Shown here piece after piece: positions 56,893 to 64,000 of a DNA stretch of 64,000 nucleotides. The first letter of the stretch is position 1, and every line of letters begins with the position of its first letter. The notes beneath the pieces are model-generated. The model was not told the DNA's origin, made no database searches, and worked only from the letters and a program-made list of their open reading frames with translations. Position numbers and translations under genes: made by a program. The stretch is taken from the NCBI GenBank assembly GCA_015487695.1, contig WFPF01000130.1, positions 19,079 to 83,078 of the forward strand. Reading direction: 5' to 3'. The DNA is from Chitinophagales bacterium (GTDB lineage: Bacteria > Bacteroidota > Bacteroidia > Chitinophagales > S012-47).

Positions 56893-57823
56893 ATTCTATT
56901 ACTTGCCCGAGTATCTGCAAAACCGTCTTTGCCATTTTATTGCGCTCATCGAGCAGAGGGTTGATCTCCGTGATCTCCAGGGTGCGAACCCGCTCATCGC
57001 TGGTCAGTCCTTTCAGAAGTTCGATCACCTCCTCGGGCAGAAGGCCCCCATCGACCGGAGTGCCCGTTCCCCTGCTGACGGACGGATCCATGCTGTCGAC
57101 ATCAAAAGAGATGTGTATGCGATCGCAGTGGCGCAGGTGTTCCAGCGATTTCGAAATACATTGCGCCAGGCCCATCTCCCTTATTTCCGGAGTGTTGTAT
57201 CTGGCTATGTTGTGTTTTTCAAGCAGGAACTGCTCTTCGGCTTCAAAACTTCGCAAACCGAGAAAGACAATGTCACCGGGCAGCAGCTTGGGATTTATCC
57301 CGCCAATGTTTTTCAGCTTTTCCCAATACTCCCGGCTTATTTCCCGGGGCTCGTGTCGCTTGCATTCCTTGTTGTCGAAGCCAAGGCTGGCGGCCAGGGG
57401 CATTCCGTGGATATTTCCTGAAGGTGAAGTGTAGGGTGTGTGCATATCCGCATGGGCATCGATCCAGATGACTCCCAGGCGATCGTCAGGACGGGCTTTG
57501 CGAATGCCCGCAAGCGTGGCGATGGCATTGCTGTGGTCGCCTGTTAAAATCAAGATACTGTCGGTGAGTGCACAAGCATCGGAAATTACATCTGCCGCAT
57601 GTGACATGACCGTATAAATTCCGCGGATGTAATGCGCATTCTCAGGAAGGGGCGGTTTGAATAGCAGGTCATTCTCGTCTTCCACCCTTTGCTGCGGCAG
57701 CTGAGCCAGCAGCGTCATGCCTTTCCCGGCTGCGCAAAGTTTCAGCGCATTGATGCCCAGGCTGGCACCCCGGGTTCCCGCTCCAAGTTCCGATGGGATC
57801 TCGATCATTCGGTCAATCTTCAT
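56891..57823 (-). CDS. arginase/ureohydrolase-family protein
   Basis: Mn-binding motifs GDHS, IWIDAHADMHTP and SFDVDSMDP. Confidence 0.85.
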   Translation of the reverse strand: MKIDRMIEIPSELGAGTRGASLGINALKLCAAGKGMTLLAQLPQQRVEDENDLLFKPPLPENAHYIRGIYTVMSHAADVISDACALTDSILILTGDHSNAIATLAGIRKARPDDRLGVIWIDAHADMHTPYTSPSGNIHGMPLAASLGFDNKECKRHEPREISREYWEKLKNIGGINPKLLPGDIVFLGLRSFEAEEQFLLEKHNIARYNTPEIREMGLAQCISKSLEHLRHCDRIHISFDVDSMDPSVSRGTGTPVDGGLLPEEVIELLKGLTSDERVRTLEITEINPLLDERNKMAKTVLQILGQVIE

Positions 57824-57940
57824 AAACTCATTTCTGTTGCTGATTGTCCAAAAATAGCAAATCAGCGCCTCACCTTGTTAGCAAATTCCGTTGTCGCTGC
57901 ATGGCAAAGCAGCTAGTTTTGTTTTAGAATAACGGCAAGC

Positions 57941-58639
57941 ATGTTTACGAGTATTTTTATTTTTCTTTTTACCTGCTTCACCCCTTCTTCAGGCACACCC
58001 GTTCCGCTGGAAGAACATATACTCACGATGTACCGGGAATGCAGGCTTGAAGACTTTCAACTGGATATCAAAGTATTCGAGGCAGCGCTCATCGGCCATT
58101 ACAATATTGTACAAAAAGGCATCAACAAGAAGCCGCAACTGCTGACCATCCTGGATTTGAGCAAGCCCTCCAATCAAAGGCGCTTTTATGTGATTGACCT
58201 GAAAAAGAAAAGAATCAGGTACTACACCTTTGCCAGCCACGGCAAAAACAGCGGCAGCCTGCGGGCCGAAAATTTTTCAAACACGCCCAACTCAAACAAG
58301 AGCAGCCTGGGCTTTTTCCTGACAGCGGAAACCTACATGGGAAAGAACGGCCGCTCTCTCCGCATTGACGGGCTCGAGCCGGGCATCAACGACAAAGCCC
58401 GCGAACGGGCCATTGTTATTCATCCGGCACCCTACACTTCGACCGAACATATTCGTAAATACGGCATGGTGGGAAACAGCGAGGGGTGCCCCGCCATTGG
58501 CGAAAATGTGAGCGATGAAATCATAGACCTTATCCGTGACGGAAGCACTTTTTTTATCTATGCCCCCGACAGCACTTACCTGCAGACTTCGCTCCTCCTC
58601 AACCGGCAATTGGCTTCGGTGCTGCTCAGCAAGCGCTAA
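57941..58639 (+). CDS. murein L,D-transpeptidase catalytic-domain (YkuD_2) family protein
   Basis: FASHGKNSG, SSLGFFLT, AIVIHPAPY and SEGCPAI (catalytic Cys). Confidence 0.8.
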   Translation: MFTSIFIFLFTCFTPSSGTPVPLEEHILTMYRECRLEDFQLDIKVFEAALIGHYNIVQKGINKKPQLLTILDLSKPSNQRRFYVIDLKKKRIRYYTFASHGKNSGSLRAENFSNTPNSNKSSLGFFLTAETYMGKNGRSLRIDGLEPGINDKARERAIVIHPAPYTSTEHIRKYGMVGNSEGCPAIGENVSDEIIDLIRDGSTFFIYAPDSTYLQTSLLLNRQLASVLLSKR

Positions 58640-59362
58640 TTATCTGAAATGTTTCAGGTGCAATACTTCGCGTTCACTGAGGTGACGCCATTTCCCTCGG
58701 GGCAGGTTTTTCTTCGTCAGTCCGGCATAGAGTACCCGGTCCAGATGTTTTACTTCATAACCCAGTTCCTCAAAGATCCTTCTCACCACACGGTTCCATC
58801 CGATGTGCAGTTCAATGCCTACCTGCGCTTTGTCTGAAGGCTCGGGAAAGGCCACTTCATCCACCATGGCCACGCCTTCCTCCAGGGTGACTCCTTTCAT
58901 AATCCGGTCAAGATCCTCACGCAAAAGCGGGCGATCCAGTTTGACCAGATAAACTTTGGATACTTTATGAGAAGGGTGACTGAGTTTTTTGGCAAGGTCA
59001 CCGTCATTGGTCAGAAGCAAAAGGCCGGTCGTATTGCGGTCGAGGCGGCCCACGGGATAAATTCTTTCACGGCTCGCCTTTCTTACGAGGTCCATGACCG
59101 TCTTGCGCCCTTTCTCATCCTTCACCGAGCTGATGAAGTTTTTCGGCTTGTTCAGAAGCACATAGACCTTTTTTTCCGTGCGAAGCAATTTCCCTTCGAA
59201 GGTGACCTTATCGCCTGGCTGCACTTTATGGCCCATCTCCCGAATCACTTCCCCGTTCACCTTCACCAGTCCCTCGCGAATCAATTCATCGGCCTTCCTT
59301 CGCGAAGCCACTCCGGCATGCGCCAGATACTTATTCAGCCGCATCCCTTTATCCGTAGTCAT
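58640..59362 (-). CDS. rRNA pseudouridine synthase (RsuA/RluB family)
   Basis: S4 domain MRLNKYLAHAGVASRRKADELI. Catalytic VGRLDRNTTGLLLLTNDG. ATG 59362 preferred over TTG 59383. Confidence 0.9.
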   Translation of the reverse strand: MTTDKGMRLNKYLAHAGVASRRKADELIREGLVKVNGEVIREMGHKVQPGDKVTFEGKLLRTEKKVYVLLNKPKNFISSVKDEKGRKTVMDLVRKASRERIYPVGRLDRNTTGLLLLTNDGDLAKKLSHPSHKVSKVYLVKLDRPLLREDLDRIMKGVTLEEGVAMVDEVAFPEPSDKAQVGIELHIGWNRVVRRIFEELGYEVKHLDRVLYAGLTKKNLPRGKWRHLSEREVLHLKHFR

Positions 59363-59379
59363 GTTTTTATTGTCTGAAA

Positions 59380-60057
59380 TCAAAGACCGTTGAAAGAAAT
59401 TCCCACGGTAAACGGGTTTATTTCGGGCCCTGCACCCTGATTGAAAAGAGTCGAAATGCTGTAAAACGCATTCAGATTGACGGGGCCGTATCCGATGCGG
59501 AAAGTAACTCCGTAGCGAAAGGTGTTGATATTGGGTATGTTGTAGGTCTTCACTTTGCTCTCGCTATTAAAGGTTCCGAAGCTGTTTCCTTCGCCCACGT
59601 ATTTGGTGTAGTTGGAGATCAGGAAGCCGCCTTTTGCACCGATGGCCAGCTTGAAGCTATTGCCCTTTTCGTTGGGTTTTGTGCGAAAGCGCAATTCCAG
59701 CGGAATGTCGAGATAGATGGTGCTTAATTTGTTCTTTTTGAAAGTCGTGCTGTCACCCAACGGAAGCATGAGCGTATTTCCGGCACTGTCTACGCTGAAG
59801 AAGCCGTTGTGGTAGATATTGTCAAAACCAAAGCCCAGCCCGGGTGCCACGCTGAGCGGAGACTTTCCGATGCCGAAATCGTACATCACACTGACATTGA
59901 TGCCCCTCGAATACCATTCGGTTTTGATATTGTCCGGGGTTTTCAGCCAGCCATTCCAGTGCAATTCCGTGATCATTCGGTCTTTGCTTGTGAATCCCTG
60001 GGCCGACACTGCGAAGGCCGTCAGGGTAAAGAGGGCAACGGCAAAAATCTTTTTCAT
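59380..60057 (-). CDS. outer-membrane beta-barrel protein
   Basis: Signal peptide MKKIFAVALFTLTAFAVSAQ and beta-strand periodicity. C-terminus ..GISFNGL. Confidence 0.7.
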   Translation of the reverse strand: MKKIFAVALFTLTAFAVSAQGFTSKDRMITELHWNGWLKTPDNIKTEWYSRGINVSVMYDFGIGKSPLSVAPGLGFGFDNIYHNGFFSVDSAGNTLMLPLGDSTTFKKNKLSTIYLDIPLELRFRTKPNEKGNSFKLAIGAKGGFLISNYTKYVGEGNSFGTFNSESKVKTYNIPNINTFRYGVTFRIGYGPVNLNAFYSISTLFNQGAGPEINPFTVGISFNGL

Positions 60058-60108
60058 ACTTTATCTTACTTTATTGGGATGCGAAATTACAATATCTAAC
60101 GAGATTAA

Positions 60109-61437
60109 CTATCGAAGGGTATCCTCTTCCGCGGCATTCAGCCCATATTTCTCCGAATATTTTCTGTAGAGCATTTTCTGCTTGTTGTTCAGGTCTATCA
60201 TTCTGCCTTCAATAAACGCCATACTCACGGTGCTTTCTTTCATATCAAAGAGATCTCCGTCACAAACGATGATATTGGCATCTTTCTCTTCTTCAAGGGT
60301 TCCGGTACGATCGTCCACACCTGCAATGCGGGCTGCGTGGCTGCTGACTGCCTGCAGGGCCACTTCCCTGTCGAGTCCATAGGTTACAGCAGTACCGGCC
60401 AGAAAAGGCAGATTGCGCTGATCCCAGAAGGAAGAAGGGCCGCCCCGGCTAATGCAAAAAAGGATGCCGGCCCCGGAGAGAATGGAAGGGGTACGGAAAG
60501 GCTGGTCGATGTCACGATCGGCCATGGCAGGCAGGCGATGAATGCTTTCCAGCACCACCGGATATCCCGAAGCTTTGATTTCATCCGTAAGCATCCACGA
60601 ATCAGCCGCTCCGGTGAGTACGGCCGAGAGACCGAATTCTTTGGCAAAATCGATGGCCCGGAGAATGTCCGGTGCCCGGTCGACATGGATGAATACTTTT
60701 CTTTCTCCTGTGAGCACCGGGCAGAGTGCCTCCAGCTTGATGTTCTTTTCGCTATGCTCCGATGTGCTGCAATAGGCTCCGGCATCCAGAAACAAGGTAT
60801 GCAGTTCATCGACTTCGGCCAACCAGTCTTTGTTTTCTTCCATTTTCCCGGCTTCGGGGCCCCAGCGAATCATTTCATAGCGCGAAGGCCAGTAGAGGTG
60901 CATACCCATATCCCTGGCATACACGGCATCTTCCCAGTTCCAGCCATCGCTTTTCATCAGCGATGAAACTCCCGAAATCCGTCCACCGGCCGGTGCCGTT
61001 TCGACCAGCAAGATTCCATTGCTCCGGATGGTAGGGATCACCTCCGAATCGGTATTGTAGGCCACGAGTGCCCGCACTTCCGGATTGTATTTCCCCGTTT
61101 CCCGCATATCCCGCGAAGCCCGCAAGGCGGATATCTCGACAAGCCCCAGATTGCTGTTGAGCGAAATCAGCCCCGGATAGATGTGCTTGCCGCTGACATC
61201 AATTATCAGCGCTTCTTCCGGATTGACACGGATCAGCCGCGCATCGGCAATCATGGTGATTTTACCGTGAGAAAATCCGAGGGCCCCATGTTCAATGACC
61301 ACTCCGTTGCCGACATGTATGGTACCGTTGAGCAGGATGACCGGCTTTTCCTGAGGCGCAGCCGGCTTAAGAAAAGACTGCGCTGCACTTTGCAGCGTCA
61401 TCAGGAGAATTGCGATGAATATGCTGTAATTTCTCAT
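60109..61437 (-). CDS. secreted amidohydrolase-family protein
   Basis: Signal peptide present. Metal-dependent hydrolase-fold N-terminus (LLNGTIHVGNG...), and GTLEEEKDANIIV near the C-terminus is typical of amidohydrolases. Confidence 0.85.
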   Translation of the reverse strand: MRNYSIFIAILLMTLQSAAQSFLKPAAPQEKPVILLNGTIHVGNGVVIEHGALGFSHGKITMIADARLIRVNPEEALIIDVSGKHIYPGLISLNSNLGLVEISALRASRDMRETGKYNPEVRALVAYNTDSEVIPTIRSNGILLVETAPAGGRISGVSSLMKSDGWNWEDAVYARDMGMHLYWPSRYEMIRWGPEAGKMEENKDWLAEVDELHTLFLDAGAYCSTSEHSEKNIKLEALCPVLTGERKVFIHVDRAPDILRAIDFAKEFGLSAVLTGAADSWMLTDEIKASGYPVVLESIHRLPAMADRDIDQPFRTPSILSGAGILFCISRGGPSSFWDQRNLPFLAGTAVTYGLDREVALQAVSSHAARIAGVDDRTGTLEEEKDANIIVCDGDLFDMKESTVSMAFIEGRMIDLNNKQKMLYRKYSEKYGLNAAEEDTLR

Positions 61438-64000
61438 TCCTCTGTTTTTTCATGATTGAAGTAATCCTCCACATCATCACAATGGTATTTTTTTTCGGGC
61501 TGATAGGGAGGCACGGCCTGTCGCTGCGTTTCCTCCGAGCGATACATCTCCTGAATCAGTGCCTGCCGCTCCTTTTGAATGCGCTTCCGCAAATAAGCAT
61601 CGCGCGAACGGTCAAAGAGCAGGCGGCCATCCACAAAGGTCATCATGGCTTTGCTGTAAATGGAAAGCGGATTGCCCGACCATAGGACCAGATCGGCATC
61701 TTTGCCCACCCTGATGCTGCCCGTCCGGTGGTTAATCTGAAGCAGCCTGGCAGGATTGATCGTAACGGTTTTCCAGGCCTCTTCTTCGCTCAGCCCACCA
61801 TACTTGATGGTCTTGGCCGCTTCCTGATTGAGTCTTCTCGCCATCTCGCGGTCGTCCGAATTGATGGCCGTTGTTACGCCAATTTTTACCAGCAATGCCG
61901 CATTGTAGGGTATGGCATCACGCACCTCGAATTTGTAGGCCCACCAATCGGAGAAAGTAGAAGCCCCCGCTCCATGGGCCTTGAGTTTATCGGCCACTTT
62001 ATAGCCTTCGAGCACGTGCGTGAAGGTGTTTAAGCGGAAATGAAAGGAATCTGCCACTTTGAGCAGCATATTGATCTCGCTCTGCACATAGGAGTGGCAG
62101 GTGATAAATCGTTCACCATGCAGCACTTCGGCCAGTGCCTCCAGCCTGAGATCCCTCCTGGGTGCTACACGGCTTTGCTGCTCGCGTTTGCTGAGGGCAT
62201 AATATTCATTCCACGCCCGCACATAAGCTTCGGCCCGGTAGAAGTTGTCGTAGAAAAATTGCTCAACCCCCATGCGCGACTGCGGATAGCGGCTTCTGAA
62301 GCGGTCGCCCCAGTTCGACTGCTTTACATTTTCTCCCAAAGCAAACTTTATAAAAGGAGCCGCATTCTCAAACTTCAAAGCCGAAGGGAAAGCACCCCAG
62401 CGCAACTTTATCAGGGCCGATTGCCCACCGATCGGGTTTGCCGATCCGTGCAATATCTGGCTGCTTGTCACCCCGCCAGCCAACTGCCTGTATATATTTA
62501 CATCTTCACTGTTGAGCACATCACCGATGCGCACACCCGAACTGCTGGCAAGGGTTCCTTCATTTACGCCCCCGCTGACAGCCATGTGCGAGTGCTCGTC
62601 AATGATGCCGGAGGTCAGTTGCATGCCCATCGCATCGATTACCCTGGCATCGTTGGCTGTCAACCCGCTGTCGATCGCCACGATGATTCCGCCCTCAATC
62701 AGCACATCTGCTCTCTCAAGTATGCCCTCTTCCTCATTGGTCCATACGCGGGCATTCTTTATCAGTACTTTCTCCTGAAGCGGCAGTGTGTCAAATCCAT
62801 AGGGACTGAACGGATAGCGCAGAAAGGAAGGAATCCCGGGTATGGCAGCAAGGCCCGCAGAATCCGTCAAAGAAGTGTCCGGCTCTGTTTCATAGGCCGA
62901 AATTTGCGCTGCCCTCCAGCTGACATAGTTTCCGTTGAGCAGCTTGATTCTGCCCTGCCATACTCCGTCATTCATGCTTCCCGTGGCAAACAAGGTCCCC
63001 TGCAGGGAGTCCCGCTTCACTTCGAGCTGAAAGACCATCACGTCTCTGTCAAAGCGGATTTTCATGGAAGAAAAAAGCGAATCGGGCTGCAACTCCGACA
63101 CGAGCGGCCTGCCCTTCTTCGCATGCAGGTCAAACCAAAGGGTATCCCTCTCGAAAAAGAGTTCATACGATCCGCTCAGATCCTGCGGCATCAGTTCATT
63201 GACCCGCACGCGCACACCCCGCGACCAGCTTTCGAGCACCCGGCTTTCGTCTTCGAATATATTTCCGCTGCTGATAAAAAAGCTGGCCCACTTGCCTGCA
63301 TAGAGACTGCCGAGCTCGCGCTCCATGCCAAGGAGGCGGGCCGGTGTGTAAGTCAGCGCTTTGAGTGCCGCACTGTCGGGCAGGCCCAGCCGTACCACCT
63401 TGCGCAGTTCCTTCAGAAAATCAGACCCCGATTCATTTTCTGCCATGGTCATCGAAAAACGCACCCCCTTTTCATAAAGAATCCTCGGGTTGTAGGGGGC
63501 CATCTGCCAGTGCTTGAGTTTTACCCAGGGCAGATACTCCAGTGCCAGCGGGTCGCTTAGCTCATAGGGAAGAGGAAAGTGCAGGGGCAGGATAAATGGC
63601 AGATCGAGATCGGCAATGGCGTCCAGTGCCTGATATTCATCCCCATTGCCCATGATGATAAAAGGGATGGCAAACTCTCTGGAGAGGGCTCCGGCACGCA
63701 AAGCAGAGAGTTTATCTCCGACCCTGAAAAGAGCGGGCAATTGCATCAGGCCGCTTAATGCTTCCAGGTTGGCATGAAAGGGTGTCTCGGGAAGGCGCCT
63801 GGCCTGCTCATACCACCGGGCATCATAAAAACTTTGCCGGAGCAGCTCCACCGAGCCCATCAGCGAATTGGGAGTCAACTGCCGGCTGCTGCCCTTATCA
63901 AAAGAATAGCAAGCTGCCGCTTCGGGCCGGATAATGGATTCCTCGGCTCTCCGCCCCGAGAGGTCGAGCAATGTGGCACTACCCTCTACGATACCGTCAT
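61434..64000 (-). CDS. large amidohydrolase-family protein (5' end outside window)
   Basis: IIDEHSHMAVSGGVNEG (HxH metal site), HSY.., TAINSDD, and GSIRVGKDADLVLW near the C-terminus. The frame stays open to the window edge (ORF-track 63971 is only an internal TTG). ATGA overlap with the downstream amidohydrolase. Confidence 0.85.
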   Translation of the reverse strand, partial: DGIVEGSATLLDLSGRRAEESIIRPEAAACYSFDKGSSRQLTPNSLMGSVELLRQSFYDARWYEQARRLPETPFHANLEALSGLMQLPALFRVGDKLSALRAGALSREFAIPFIIMGNGDEYQALDAIADLDLPFILPLHFPLPYELSDPLALEYLPWVKLKHWQMAPYNPRILYEKGVRFSMTMAENESGSDFLKELRKVVRLGLPDSAALKALTYTPARLLGMERELGSLYAGKWASFFISSGNIFEDESRVLESWSRGVRVRVNELMPQDLSGSYELFFERDTLWFDLHAKKGRPLVSELQPDSLFSSMKIRFDRDVMVFQLEVKRDSLQGTLFATGSMNDGVWQGRIKLLNGNYVSWRAAQISAYETEPDTSLTDSAGLAAIPGIPSFLRYPFSPYGFDTLPLQEKVLIKNARVWTNEEEGILERADVLIEGGIIVAIDSGLTANDARVIDAMGMQLTSGIIDEHSHMAVSGGVNEGTLASSSGVRIGDVLNSEDVNIYRQLAGGVTSSQILHGSANPIGGQSALIKLRWGAFPSALKFENAAPFIKFALGENVKQSNWGDRFRSRYPQSRMGVEQFFYDNFYRAEAYVRAWNEYYALSKREQQSRVAPRRDLRLEALAEVLHGERFITCHSYVQSEINMLLKVADSFHFRLNTFTHVLEGYKVADKLKAHGAGASTFSDWWAYKFEVRDAIPYNAALLVKIGVTTAINSDDREMARRLNQEAAKTIKYGGLSEEEAWKTVTINPARLLQINHRTGSIRVGKDADLVLWSGNPLSIYSKAMMTFVDGRLLFDRSRDAYLRKRIQKERQALIQEMYRSEETQRQAVPPYQPEKKYHCDDVEDYFNHEKTEE

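Noticed and set aside
62040-63560. 506-aa ORF antisense to the large amidohydrolase gene
   Set aside because: The sense frame has amidohydrolase metal-binding motifs. The antisense product is low-complexity.

Overview
This is a dense 64-kb chromosomal window that looks like a Bacteroidota genome. The evidence is T9SS type A and type B C-terminal sorting domains, many outer-membrane (OM) beta-barrel genes, S46 and S9 dipeptidyl peptidases, BshA, and TAnnTTTG-like -7 boxes. I support about 58 protein-coding genes, and both window ends cut a gene. I found no rRNA, tRNA, CRISPR array, transposase or integrase. Most genes are housekeeping: DNA repair (recG, recR, mutL, uvrB), purF, korAB, thioredoxin, a PlsC-like acyltransferase, a bile-acid/Na+ symporter-family (BASS) transporter, a pseudouridine synthase, cell-wall enzymes (a GH3/beta-lactamase fusion and a YkuD-type L,D-transpeptidase), a peptide and amino-acid catabolism run (DPP4, S46 peptidase, arginase, two amidohydrolases) and two rhomboid proteases. 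Signalling genes are a LytTR response regulator coupled to a hybrid histidine kinase (HK), and a stand-alone HPt protein divergent from a sigma-54 activator that has no DNA-binding domain. Two AT-rich accessory segments flank purF, at about 32.85-38.2 kb and 40.15-42.2 kb. They hold only uncharacterised lipoprotein and beta-barrel genes, a MazEF module and two T9SS C-terminal-domain-only ORFs. The most unusual signal is at 33011-33128: a 16-nt tandem repeat places three ATGs in three frames, and a T7 tract separates a canonical lipoprotein signal peptide from its gene body. This could be a phase switch, a frameshift or an assembly error. A second candidate is the tight cluster at 2-5382: a DUF1501-like gene, a lipoprotein with a C-X4-CH motif, a second lipoprotein and a giant CUB/T9SS type B adhesin. 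I cannot show that any of these is a new system. All family calls come from motif recognition by eye, not from searches.
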